Source of the DNA: Nitrospirota bacterium
Lineage (GTDB): Bacteria; Nitrospirota; Nitrospiria; 2-01-FULL-66-17
Length of the DNA stretch: 64,000 nucleotides
Direction of reading: 5' to 3'
NCBI GenBank assembly: GCA_040757335.1
Contig: JBFLXB010000012.1
Location: 15,246-79,245, forward strand
Shown: positions 27,375 to 40,909 of the stretch, piece after piece
How positions within the stretch are numbered: position 1 is the first letter of the stretch
How the letters are laid out: each line of letters opens with the position of its first letter
The notes under the pieces: generated by a model
Told to the model about the DNA's origin: nothing
Database searches by the model: none
The model's input: only the letters and a program-made list of their open reading frames with translations
Translations under genes and position numbers: made by a program

Positions 27375-28172
27375 ATGAAATCCCAGGTGATGGGTGTCTG
27401 GCACTATCGCCACTTTATTCTCTCCTCCATCCGGAACGAGTTTCGCTCGCGGTTTATCCGCAGCCGCCTTGGCGGGCTGTGGATGATCATTCATCCCCTG
27501 GCCCAAGCCGCCATTTTCGCGCTGGTGCTGAGCCAAGTGATGGCCGCGAGGCTACCGGGTATGGCCGGAGACAAGTTTGCTTACGCCGTCTATCTTCTGT
27601 CCGGAATACTCGCCTGGTCGTTGTTTTCAGAGGTGATCGGCCGTTGCGTCACCCTATTCATCGACAATGGCAATCTGCTCAAGAAGATCGCGTTTCCCCG
27701 AATCAGCCTGCCGTTGATCGTGGCCGGCTCCGCGCTCGTCAACAACCTCCTCTTGTTTCTTGCCATCATCGTCGTCTTCGGTGTGCTGGGCCACGTACCC
27801 GGCATCCAGATCGCCTGGGTTCCGCTATTAATGCTGCTCACCTTGGCGCTCGGGCTTGGGGTCGGGATACTGCTCGGCGTGTTCAACGTATTTATCCGCG
27901 ATGTGGGGCAGGTGGTGCCGGTAGCGCTGCAACTGGGCTTTTGGTTCACCCCCATCATCTATCCTCCGAATGTTGTTCCGGAAGCCCTGCGCCCGATAAT
28001 GAACCTGAACCCCATGGCTATGGTGGTCCAGAGTTTCCACAAGGCCCTTCTCTTCAACACGTCTCCCGAGTTCGTTAGTCTGGGGGTGGTTCTTCTGGTT
28101 ACTTTTGCGTTGTTGGGTATGGCGCTCAGCGTTTTTCGGCGTGCCGGTGCCGAAATGGCGGATGTGTTGTGA
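27375..28172 (+). CDS. wzm: ABC-2 type polysaccharide export permease.
   Basis: About 265 aa with six TM helices. The N-terminal ...RNEFRSRFIRSRLGGLWMIIHPL matches the ABC2_membrane signature. It precedes the ATPase with a 4-nt overlap. Confidence 0.85.
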   Translation: MKSQVMGVWHYRHFILSSIRNEFRSRFIRSRLGGLWMIIHPLAQAAIFALVLSQVMAARLPGMAGDKFAYAVYLLSGILAWSLFSEVIGRCVTLFIDNGNLLKKIAFPRISLPLIVAGSALVNNLLLFLAIIVVFGVLGHVPGIQIAWVPLLMLLTLALGLGVGILLGVFNVFIRDVGQVVPVALQLGFWFTPIIYPPNVVPEALRPIMNLNPMAMVVQSFHKALLFNTSPEFVSLGVVLLVTFALLGMALSVFRRAGAEMADVL

Positions 28173-29464
28173 GCGCTCCGATGATCGAGGTCGAGAACAT
28201 CGGCAAATCGTTCCGGACGTATTCGAGCCAATGGCACCGCTTCCGAGGGTGGTTCGGAGCGGGTCCTCGGCGATACGCTGATCACTGGGTGTTGCGAAAC
28301 GTCTCATTTGCAGTCGGGGCGAGCGAATCCATCGGTATCCTCGGCCGTAACGGTGCGGGGAAGAGCACCCTCCTCAAGCTGATCGTCGGGACCCTCGCAC
28401 CCTCTGAAGGCCACGTGAAGGTCGGGGGCCGCATCAGCGCGATCCTCGAATTGGGGATGGGCTTCAACGCCGAATTCACCGCCCGCCAAAATGTCCTGTA
28501 TGGATGTGGACTGTTGGGCTACAACCGGGACGAAATCGAGTCGGCGATGCCGGAAATCGAACGCTTCGCCGATATCGGTGAGTATTTTGATCAACCCCTA
28601 CGCACCTCCTCCAGCGGCATGCAGATGCGGGTAGCGTTCGCGGCCGCTACCGCGTTTCGCCCGGACGTGCTGATCGTGGACGAAGCTCTTTCGGTGGGCG
28701 ATCTCTTTTTTCAAGCAAAGTGTTTCGAGCGGATCGGCGAGATGAAGGCGTCTGGTACCACGCTGCTCTATGTGTCACATGCGGCGGGAGATATTGCGAA
28801 ACATTGCGAGCGTGCCCTGTTCATCAAGGAGGGCAGGCTCCTCATGGATGGGCCGGCACGTGAGGTCTCAAATGTGTACCTGGACGATCTCTTCGGAAAG
28901 AGCGCGCCCCACCAAAGAACCGTACGATCAGCTCAGGCTGCTAACGAAACACGGTTTGCCGCAGATAACGTCGAGCGCTTCCACACGCGGCCTTTTTACC
29001 GAAAAGACGAGCATCGGTGGGGTGTTGGCGGGGGACGTGTTCTCGATTTCTTGGTCGAGGTCGATGGCGAAGCATTTCCTTCCGCTATCTATTCACATCA
29101 AAGGATGCGAGTCTCGTTTAAGGTTCATTCTGAGCAGGAACTCGCGAAGCCCATATACGGGTTGCTGATCAAGACGATCGAGGGGATCTACGTCTACGGT
29201 ACCAACTCCAAATTTGCGCAACCAGGAGTGACCCCGTCGTCCGTACCTGCGGGCGATAACCGGGTGGTGTCGTTCGAATTTCCCATGATGTTGAACACTG
29301 GGGCTTACCTGATTTCCCTGGGAGTCTCGAATGAGGATGACAGCGGGCAGGTCGTGCCCATCGATCGGCGGTATGACTCTGTCCTGATAACGGTGACGAA
29401 CGGGCAGCAGGGATCGGGGCTTGTCGATCTTGCAGCCCAATTTGAATGCCACAAGGCCGCATGA
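28169..29464 (+). CDS. wzt: Polysaccharide export ABC ATPase with a C-terminal O-antigen terminus-binding (Wzt_C-like) domain.
   Basis: Walker A GRNGAGKST, the LSSGMQMRVAFAAA signature, and Walker B LIVDEALSVGD. About 180 extra C-terminal residues form a beta-rich domain as in E. coli O9a Wzt. Confidence 0.85.
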   Translation: MSAPMIEVENIGKSFRTYSSQWHRFRGWFGAGPRRYADHWVLRNVSFAVGASESIGILGRNGAGKSTLLKLIVGTLAPSEGHVKVGGRISAILELGMGFNAEFTARQNVLYGCGLLGYNRDEIESAMPEIERFADIGEYFDQPLRTSSSGMQMRVAFAAATAFRPDVLIVDEALSVGDLFFQAKCFERIGEMKASGTTLLYVSHAAGDIAKHCERALFIKEGRLLMDGPAREVSNVYLDDLFGKSAPHQRTVRSAQAANETRFAADNVERFHTRPFYRKDEHRWGVGGGRVLDFLVEVDGEAFPSAIYSHQRMRVSFKVHSEQELAKPIYGLLIKTIEGIYVYGTNSKFAQPGVTPSSVPAGDNRVVSFEFPMMLNTGAYLISLGVSNEDDSGQVVPIDRRYDSVLITVTNGQQGSGLVDLAAQFECHKAA

Positions 29465-31737
29465 GCATCGAGCATCGCCAGTCCATTCCCTCGCTCGTAG
29501 CAGCACTGCCGGAGGTATATCAACCCATTTATGGCCATCCGGAAATATCGTGGTCGGCCTCGCGCGAATGCGGTGACCGCCTAAACGAAATCGTAGCGGT
29601 ATATGAGGCGTTGTCGGCAAACCACCGGCGACCTCTGCGTGTGCTGGATCTCGGCTGCGCACAGGGATTCATCAGCCTTAGCCTGGCCGCACAAGGCGCT
29701 GTCGTGGTCGGAATCGACAACCTGGCGGCCAATGTCGCCGTCTGCAACGCGTTGCGTGAGGCGAATCCGACGTTTGATGTTCAGTTTCGCGAGGCCGCGA
29801 TCGAGTCCACGATCGAACACCTGAACCCCGGGGAGTTCGACCTGGTGCTCGGGCTCAGTGTGCTTCATCATCTGTGTCACCGGTACGGTAAAGACAGAGT
29901 TCGCGAATGGACGACCGCCTTGACCGCAAAGGCTGAAATCGCGGTGTTTGAACTTGGCGTCGCGAGTGAGCCGCTCGACTGGGCGAAATCCTTGCCTGAA
30001 GACGAGCGATATCTACTCGACGGCGTTCCGTTTGTCCATGAGCTGTCACGTTTTCCGACCCATCTGTCCGAGATTATGCGGCCGCTCTATGTGTGCAGTA
30101 GCCGGTATTGGTATTTGGATGGAAAGCTGGGTGCGTTTGCCAAATGGACAACCAGCTCCCATTCCCTCGCCGGAGAGGCTCACGAGGGGACGCGCCGGTA
30201 CTTCTTTGGCGAAGGGCAACTCGCGAAGGTATTTCGGCTGACTGGACGGCTAGCCAAACCAAATCGCGATGAAATTGAGCAGGAGGCCGAGTTCCTGGAT
30301 TCCCCTCCGCCCGGGTTTCCACGCGCGCCGTCATTGTTTACCAAAGGCACCACCGACCGTGAGGCCTGGCTCGCCAGAGAGGCCCTGGGCGGCGATCTGT
30401 TGATTGATCTGATACGCGGGCAGGTCGCCTACGACAGCAGGGCAATCTTGCTGGACGTGCTGGATCAATTGTGTGCTTTGGAGGAAGTTGGGCTCTATCA
30501 CAGAGACGTCAGGGTCTGGAACGTCATCGTGGGGCCGGACGGCAGAGCCTCGCTCATTGATTTCGGTGCCATATCCAAGAAACGGGAAGATTGCATTTGG
30601 CCAAGCGATGTGATCCTTTCGTTTGTTATTTTCGTCCGAGACGTTTCTGCACGGAGTGTTGATCGTGCTTTTCCACGGCAGCCATTCATCAGCCCATATA
30701 ACTTGCCAGACCCGTTCAATAGGTGGATTTTGAGCGTGTGGCATCAGCCAGTGGCTGTCTGGAGTTTCAAGCTGCTCAGAGAGAGTCTGCAAAACCTCCC
30801 GGATCGTTCTGATCAGCCGGATATCATTGGCGAAGCACAAGCTCTGTGGATACAAGCCATTGAGCGGCATCTTGATGGACTGGGTTCGTACGCCAGCCGT
30901 ACTCAGATGGTGAGCAGCGACCTAGCCAATCAGCTTTCTCAGGTGCGCACTCAGATCGAAACGCTGCGCCAAGACCTAGCTGCGCAACTGCATGCGCAGC
31001 AACATGCGCAGGCGCTTGCCGATGCACGCCTGCAGGAGCTCCAAGCAATCTACTCCAGCCGTTCGTGGCGCATGACGGCGCCACTCCGTCAGGGAGCGGT
31101 ATTCGCCAGGCGCTGGGTGGGCCGCATCGCCAATGTCGAATGGACCGTAGGCAGACTTCCGCGGCGTTGGGCGGGTTACACTGCAATCCGTCGTATCGGC
31201 GGGATAGTGCTTCGGCCCTTCCGAAGAGTTCGGCATCGCGTCAAACGGGTCGCACCGGCTGTCGACACAAGAACCCGCATAGGACAGGCAGTCCCGGGTG
31301 CCGCACCTACTCCATCGGAGTCTGAGATCGCACCGGCCATTAACACTATTCGACATCGGATCGTGGAGCAATTGGATAGCTATGTCGCTTGGCAGGAGAG
31401 TCATCCCGTCAGTACGCTGGAAAGAAAGCTCTGGGAAGATGGTCTGCGCATCGACGCCACGGTGTATCCGGTGGGCGCGTTGCGAAGACTACCGGAGGCC
31501 TATCTGTTTGAGGCTCTCAGCATCCTGTTATTTAAACGCCCCCTCGAAAAGATGCCGATGATCAGTGCTCTTGGGAAGCTCCGTCTCCGGAGGGGGCTGA
31601 TACTCGTGTTGTGCACCGTTCTACCAGGCCGCCGCGCACGGATTTCCGGGCTGTACAGGCGAGTGATTCGCGATGTCTTGTCGGTGAGCCCGCCCATACT
31701 GGCGTTTGCCAGAAGGATCTATTTCCGGGTCCGATGA
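29461..31737 (+). CDS. WbdD-like bifunctional chain terminator: SAM methyltransferase, protein-kinase-like domain, coiled-coil, C-terminal domain.
   Basis: MTase motif I VLDLGCAQGFISLSLA. Kinase catalytic loop YHRDVRVWNVIV and DFG (SLIDFGAIS). A long heptad region follows (LSQVRTQIETLRQDLAAQLHAQQHAQALADARLQELQ). ATGA coupling with wzt. An alternative start lies at 29446. Confidence 0.7.
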   Translation: MSIEHRQSIPSLVAALPEVYQPIYGHPEISWSASRECGDRLNEIVAVYEALSANHRRPLRVLDLGCAQGFISLSLAAQGAVVVGIDNLAANVAVCNALREANPTFDVQFREAAIESTIEHLNPGEFDLVLGLSVLHHLCHRYGKDRVREWTTALTAKAEIAVFELGVASEPLDWAKSLPEDERYLLDGVPFVHELSRFPTHLSEIMRPLYVCSSRYWYLDGKLGAFAKWTTSSHSLAGEAHEGTRRYFFGEGQLAKVFRLTGRLAKPNRDEIEQEAEFLDSPPPGFPRAPSLFTKGTTDREAWLAREALGGDLLIDLIRGQVAYDSRAILLDVLDQLCALEEVGLYHRDVRVWNVIVGPDGRASLIDFGAISKKREDCIWPSDVILSFVIFVRDVSARSVDRAFPRQPFISPYNLPDPFNRWILSVWHQPVAVWSFKLLRESLQNLPDRSDQPDIIGEAQALWIQAIERHLDGLGSYASRTQMVSSDLANQLSQVRTQIETLRQDLAAQLHAQQHAQALADARLQELQAIYSSRSWRMTAPLRQGAVFARRWVGRIANVEWTVGRLPRRWAGYTAIRRIGGIVLRPFRRVRHRVKRVAPAVDTRTRIGQAVPGAAPTPSESEIAPAINTIRHRIVEQLDSYVAWQESHPVSTLERKLWEDGLRIDATVYPVGALRRLPEAYLFEALSILLFKRPLEKMPMISALGKLRLRRGLILVLCTVLPGRRARISGLYRRVIRDVLSVSPPILAFARRIYFRVR

Positions 31738-34700
31738 GCCTCATGCCGATGTTTTCACACTTTTCCGGGCGCATCGTGCAGGTGATTGAAGGGCTGGATC
31801 TCCATGACGCCGTGTCCAACCATGTCCTGAGTCTCGACCGGACTCTTCGTGAGGACTACGGGCTCAGGACCGAGATTTTCGCAGGAGGTTCGCATCCAGA
31901 GAGAGAGCAATACGTTCGGCATATTGCCTTACTGGAGCTGGACGAGCGGGATATCGTGATTTATCACTACTCCGGCTACGCGGAGCACACGGCGGAGAAG
32001 GTCGCGAGCCAGAAGGCGATCAAGATCCTTCACTATCACAACATTACACCGCACGAGTTCTTCCGGCCAGGCAGTCACCTGTACCAACACTGTCGCGAGG
32101 GGCGCCGGCAGCTCGTCGACCTTCTTGACCGATTCGATCTCTTTACCGGTGATAGCCAGTACAACATCGATGAACTGATTTCCCTCGGCATCTCGAAGGA
32201 CAAGACGCAAGTGCTTCGAATTGTTCTCGACACTACCATGGCCGAGCGCCAGGTCTCGCAGCCGGCGCCTCGCAATGTGCTGTTCGTAGGCCGAATTGCG
32301 GAGAACAAGAGGCAGGATCGGATCGTGGAGGTCTATTCACGTCTGCTGAAAGCCGGACACCAGCTCGGGAAGCTGGTATTGGTTGGCAGATACGATTCCG
32401 GCAGCCCGTTCTACAAGAGATTAATGGAAACTGTTCGAACGTTGGATTTGCAGGATCGTGTCGAGGTCATGGGGAGGATTGGACAGTCCGAGCTTAATGA
32501 GCAGTATGCGAATGCGGGGCTGTTTCTTTCGATGAGCGAGCATGAAGGATTCGGCGTTCCGCTGCTCGAGGCGTGCCGCCACGATATCCCTGTCTTGGCG
32601 CTCGCCCGCACGGCTGTTCCGGAGACCCTTCAGCACTCACCCGGCCTCTTTGAGACCGACGCGGAGCTTGTACAACTCGTGGCCCGGATCGAGAAGGACC
32701 CGTCGTTTCGGGAGGCGCTCCTTGCACACCAACGAGCAGTACTCGCGAGCTATAACAATGAAGTCCACAATCAGCTTGCGAGACTGCTGAATCGTCTGAT
32801 CCCGCAACCGGACACGTACACGAGCGTCAGTATTGTCATCTGTACCTACAACCGTGGAGATCTGCTCGATCGGGCGCTGGACTATTTGCAGCGTCAGCAC
32901 GACCCGCGCTGTGAGGTCGTGGTGGTGGACGGCCCCTCGACCGACAACACCGGCGAGGTCATCGACAAATGGCGTCACCGCATCAAGGTCGCCAAGAACT
33001 CAGAACGCAACCTGTCGATCTCTCGAAATATTGGGATTCGACTCGCTGCGGGCGATATCGTTGCGTTTATCGATGACGACGCGTTGCCGTTCGGTGACTG
33101 GGTCGGAGCTCTGCTTGCTGAATACAACTCCGTGCCCCGCGCCGTTGGTGGTATCGGTGGCGTGACATATCTTGCGGGCTCTCTGGAGTTCCAGGCAGAG
33201 GACATAGTCGTTGACTCATACGGCCGAGCCACGCTGAATCCCACTCGTGACGAGACACTGCGATCTGACAGGTTTCGCACGCAGCTTGGGACGAACTCAT
33301 CGTTCAAGAGGAAAGTCTTGCTAGAAATCGGCGGGTTCGATGAGGAATATGACTATTTCTTGGATGAATCTGATGTATGCATGCGAGTTCTTCGCGCTGG
33401 TTACCGGCTGGTTTGTTCGCCTCAACTGTTCATTCGACATGAGTTTGCACAGAGTGACAACCGGATCAATAAGTACCGTTATAACTGGTACTCCATCTGC
33501 AAGAACACGGCCTATTTCGCTCTCCGCTTTAACACCGGGAACCCGACCGACATCATTTCTGCAGTTCGAGAGCAAATCGCGCAGGATCGCGTCGCGAAAC
33601 TCACAGAGGGGCTGAAGAGAGGAGTGGTCGCGCAGGACGACTTTGACGCAATGGGCCGCGACATTTGGCGCGGAGTGGAAGATGGCATTAGGCACGCGGC
33701 AGGCCCACGCCATCTGTTGCACGACGCCGATTCGCCAAGCGCTTTTCTGCACTATCATACGGAAGCACGCGTTTTCACACCGCTGCACGTCATGCTGGTC
33801 ACGAAGGAGTTCCCGCCCTTTACCCCAAGCGGCGGGGTAGGGACGCTGTTTTATCACTTGGCCAGCGAGCTCTTGCTGATGGGGCATCGCGTCAGCGTGA
33901 TCGCTCAGGGGCCTGAAGAGAGTAGGCATCAACGAGGGCGCTTCACGCTGCATCGGATACCTGCGGTCTCAACGAGCACCTTTGGCAGTGACAGCGCTGT
34001 TGTTGAGGGAAGTCTCAATTGGTCGATGCGTGTGGCGGAGATGCTCCTCGAGATACACCGTCGCGATCCCATATCGGTGATCGACACGTGCGTGTGGGAC
34101 TACGAGATGTACGCGTTTGCGGCCTACCGACCGCGGGTAGACATTCCGTTGGTCGTTCGACTTGTCACGCCGTTTGCGGTGGCCTGTGAGAGCAATGGTT
34201 GGAAGTTCACCGAGCGCGAAAAGGACCTTGTGTGTGAGCTGGAGCGTGGGTTGATCGACATGGCGGACTGCGTCATCCCGATCAGCGACTCGATCAAGGA
34301 GACGTTCACGAAAGTCTACGGGCTCAACCCTGATAAGCGCTGGCACACGGTACCCGCGGGTCTGGCCTATTGGCCATCGTTCGAAGTCGATAAGGACTAT
34401 GCCGAGATTGCCCATCTACCAGAACTTGCCGTCGCCAAGGAGAGCGGCAAGTTTATCTTTCTATTTCTGGGGCGCCTTGAGCCTCGCAAAGGGATCGATG
34501 TGTTCCTTTCTGCTGTCCAGCATTTCGTGGAACGACATCCGATGCGTGATGACTGTCTCTTTGTCGTGGCCGGTAAGGATTGCATGCGACTGAGCGAGCG
34601 GTTGCACGAGTATCTCGACCGAGCGGCGAGAGCGCGCGTGCTGTTCACGGGCGAGCTATCGCTGGGCGATCGTGACAAGGTCTACAGTGCCGCCGATGTG

Positions 34701-35945
34701 GTGGTGTTTCCCTCGCGGTATGAGTCCTTTGGGCTCGTGCCACTCGAAGCATTTGTGCATGGCAAGCCGGTGATTGGCGCTAATGCGGGCGCCATACCTG
34801 AAGTGGTGCAACATGATCGCTCCGGCCTTCTCTTTGAGGACGGAGATCCGGGAGCCTTGGCGGATTGTCTTGAACGCCTATTGGATGATCGAGCGTTGTG
34901 CCGCCGTCTCGGGCAAGGCGCGAGGCATCGCATCCGGGAGTTGTCTTCGGCGAAGATGGCGCTGAGAAGCGAAGAGGTTTATCGCCTAGCAAGAGAGCGA
35001 ACGTTTTATCGACAATATCACAACGTAACAATAAACGAGATAACCAAGGACAGTTCTCCAATATCTATTGATGAGAAATCATTGAGTTGGTTAGATGTTC
35101 CTCGCAAGGATTTCATTGATTACGTGATACATCGAGATCCATTACCATTTGACGAGGTTCCGCCTGACGATAATCAGTACATAAAGAAGCCGACATTCAT
35201 GATAACCCAGATGCACCGTTTGTGGTTGACGGCGCGAATAATTGATAGCCACTTAGAGAAGAGAGAGAATGGTGTCTTTTTAGACGTAGGCGCATTTCCA
35301 TTTTCGATGGCGATAATTCTCAGAGAGTATCTGAAATATAAGGGAAGAATTACGGCAACGATCAATTTGCCTCTTCGCGAGTCATGGAAAAGTGAATTAG
35401 ACAGAAGAGCGATCCACGTTCTCTATGCGAACCTTGACCCGTATGTAAGGGCAACCGATGAAGACGAGAACGTCGAGGAAATGGTCAATGGCATTGAATT
35501 AGAAAGTGAGTCGGTGGATTTCATCAATTGTTCTCATGTAATTGAACATTTATATCATCCCTTGGAGATGCTGAAGGAGATGTATAGAGTGCTAAAAGTA
35601 GGAGGGAAGCTGCTAGTTTCCTCTGACAATGCTCTTATGCTTAACACACTATTACATCTCTGGTCGCTCAGTGACTTTCTGCATGAGCCTGTGGAGGGGA
35701 CAGCGGCGATGTCGTTCGGCTTTTGGAGAGGACATAACAGATTTTTCACAGAAAAAGATACAGGGACCATGCTCAAAAAGGTTGGGTTCAGGATCATCGA
35801 GAATCATTTTTATGAAGTGTTGTACAACTCGTTCTGTGAGGACTACTTTCGCCATCCAATAGTGACAATACCTAGGTGGAGGGCAGATATCCTAACTCGA
35901 ATTCCGGAACACCGGAACGAACTAATTGTAGTTGCTGCAAAATGA
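31734..35945 (+). CDS. Giant multidomain glycan polymerase (GT4 - GT2 - GT4 - class I SAM methyltransferase), about 1400 aa.
   Basis: GT4 EX7E motif MSEHEGFGVPLLEACRHDIPVLA. GT2 motifs SIVICTYNRGDLL...VVVVDGPSTDNT...IDDDA. A second GT4 (FLGRLEPRKG...SRYESFGLVPLEAFVHGKPVIGANAGAIPEVV). C-terminal MTase_11 (FLDVGAF...VDFINCSHVIEHLYHP...VLKVGGKLLV). The last roughly 1 kb has markedly lower GC. ATGA coupling with the upstream gene. Confidence 0.8.
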   Translation: MSLMPMFSHFSGRIVQVIEGLDLHDAVSNHVLSLDRTLREDYGLRTEIFAGGSHPEREQYVRHIALLELDERDIVIYHYSGYAEHTAEKVASQKAIKILHYHNITPHEFFRPGSHLYQHCREGRRQLVDLLDRFDLFTGDSQYNIDELISLGISKDKTQVLRIVLDTTMAERQVSQPAPRNVLFVGRIAENKRQDRIVEVYSRLLKAGHQLGKLVLVGRYDSGSPFYKRLMETVRTLDLQDRVEVMGRIGQSELNEQYANAGLFLSMSEHEGFGVPLLEACRHDIPVLALARTAVPETLQHSPGLFETDAELVQLVARIEKDPSFREALLAHQRAVLASYNNEVHNQLARLLNRLIPQPDTYTSVSIVICTYNRGDLLDRALDYLQRQHDPRCEVVVVDGPSTDNTGEVIDKWRHRIKVAKNSERNLSISRNIGIRLAAGDIVAFIDDDALPFGDWVGALLAEYNSVPRAVGGIGGVTYLAGSLEFQAEDIVVDSYGRATLNPTRDETLRSDRFRTQLGTNSSFKRKVLLEIGGFDEEYDYFLDESDVCMRVLRAGYRLVCSPQLFIRHEFAQSDNRINKYRYNWYSICKNTAYFALRFNTGNPTDIISAVREQIAQDRVAKLTEGLKRGVVAQDDFDAMGRDIWRGVEDGIRHAAGPRHLLHDADSPSAFLHYHTEARVFTPLHVMLVTKEFPPFTPSGGVGTLFYHLASELLLMGHRVSVIAQGPEESRHQRGRFTLHRIPAVSTSTFGSDSAVVEGSLNWSMRVAEMLLEIHRRDPISVIDTCVWDYEMYAFAAYRPRVDIPLVVRLVTPFAVACESNGWKFTEREKDLVCELERGLIDMADCVIPISDSIKETFTKVYGLNPDKRWHTVPAGLAYWPSFEVDKDYAEIAHLPELAVAKESGKFIFLFLGRLEPRKGIDVFLSAVQHFVERHPMRDDCLFVVAGKDCMRLSERLHEYLDRAARARVLFTGELSLGDRDKVYSAADVVVFPSRYESFGLVPLEAFVHGKPVIGANAGAIPEVVQHDRSGLLFEDGDPGALADCLERLLDDRALCRRLGQGARHRIRELSSAKMALRSEEVYRLARERTFYRQYHNVTINEITKDSSPISIDEKSLSWLDVPRKDFIDYVIHRDPLPFDEVPPDDNQYIKKPTFMITQMHRLWLTARIIDSHLEKRENGVFLDVGAFPFSMAIILREYLKYKGRITATINLPLRESWKSELDRRAIHVLYANLDPYVRATDEDENVEEMVNGIELESESVDFINCSHVIEHLYHPLEMLKEMYRVLKVGGKLLVSSDNALMLNTLLHLWSLSDFLHEPVEGTAAMSFGFWRGHNRFFTEKDTGTMLKKVGFRIIENHFYEVLYNSFCEDYFRHPIVTIPRWRADILTRIPEHRNELIVVAAK

Positions 35946-36150
35946 AGGCCGCGATTGGTATGTTAGGACGTCTTATGGCTTCGTCGTTATAAAGAGTCAT
36001 TAAGCTCTCTCTTTCGGCGCTTTGGGTGGTGGTGCGTCACCCAGTGACGCAGGTCAGTGACTCGGGCAGACCTGGTGGACCACTAAGACGAATGCCGATT
36101 GGAAATACACCGCGGCATCATTGGGCGAGGCGATAGGAAAGGCGTGAGTC

Positions 36151-36981
36151 ATGTCTGAATGGCGTAATGACGTATTGAAGACCAGAGTTGACCATGTATT
36201 CGAAAAGATTAAGACGATTCCAAGTGATCTCAGATCGGGGCGATGCTTAGACATTGGGTGCGGAATGGGTGGTGGTGTCATTGCCGCATTGAAGCACGGC
36301 GCTTCACTGTCCGTAGGTATCGACCGGAATCTGAATGAGTTTCAACATGATATGAATTTTGCGAGGTTTGGAGAGGCCTGTAATTTCTTTCAGGTCAATG
36401 CCGACCAAGCAGTGATGATCCAGGCCGACGTCTTTAAGTGTGATGTCTTTCGTGGCTATTTTGACTACTGTATCCTTGTCGACACAATTGAGCATGTCCC
36501 AAATCAGCGTGAATTTATTCGCTACGCATACAGATCCCTCAAGCCGGGAGGGGTCCTGCTAGTAGATACGTGTCCTTTGTACTATAGCCCGGTCGGACAT
36601 CACCTATGGCAATGGTTCCCAAAGGAATCGGATCCGTGGGCGCATTTACGCTCAGACTTCGATGAGCGTTTGAAAGCGAAAGGAGTTGACCAATGGACAA
36701 TCGAGCGTTATCGGCAACTAAACCGGGTGACATACTCAGAAGTGATAGACATGGTCTCAGAAGCTGGGTTTACTGTTGTGAGGACAAATCAGCAAGCGCC
36801 GCGTAGTGAAATGGTGAGTCTTTATGAGAAATATGGCGCTTTGATTGATGTCGAAATCCCTGTTCCGAAGGACTGTCTATTCCAGGACTGGATAGAGGTT
36901 GTGGCGAGGAAAGACGGGTGGTTAAAGCGTCTAACAAAAAGGCTCGGCCGTCGGGTGAGGAGGATAGCGGGCCGGTCTTGA
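36151..36981 (+). CDS. Class I SAM-dependent methyltransferase.
   Basis: Motif I CLDIGCGMGGGVIAAL and post-I/II motifs (...LKPGGVLLVDT). Confidence 0.75.
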   Translation: MSEWRNDVLKTRVDHVFEKIKTIPSDLRSGRCLDIGCGMGGGVIAALKHGASLSVGIDRNLNEFQHDMNFARFGEACNFFQVNADQAVMIQADVFKCDVFRGYFDYCILVDTIEHVPNQREFIRYAYRSLKPGGVLLVDTCPLYYSPVGHHLWQWFPKESDPWAHLRSDFDERLKAKGVDQWTIERYRQLNRVTYSEVIDMVSEAGFTVVRTNQQAPRSEMVSLYEKYGALIDVEIPVPKDCLFQDWIEVVARKDGWLKRLTKRLGRRVRRIAGRS

Positions 36982-37010
36982 AAGGTTAAGGAGGAATCGG
37001 GACAAGTGTT

Positions 37011-40881
<3,871 letters not shown>

Positions 40882-40909
40882 CGGATCGGTCCCCTGTTCC
40901 GGCAGAAGA

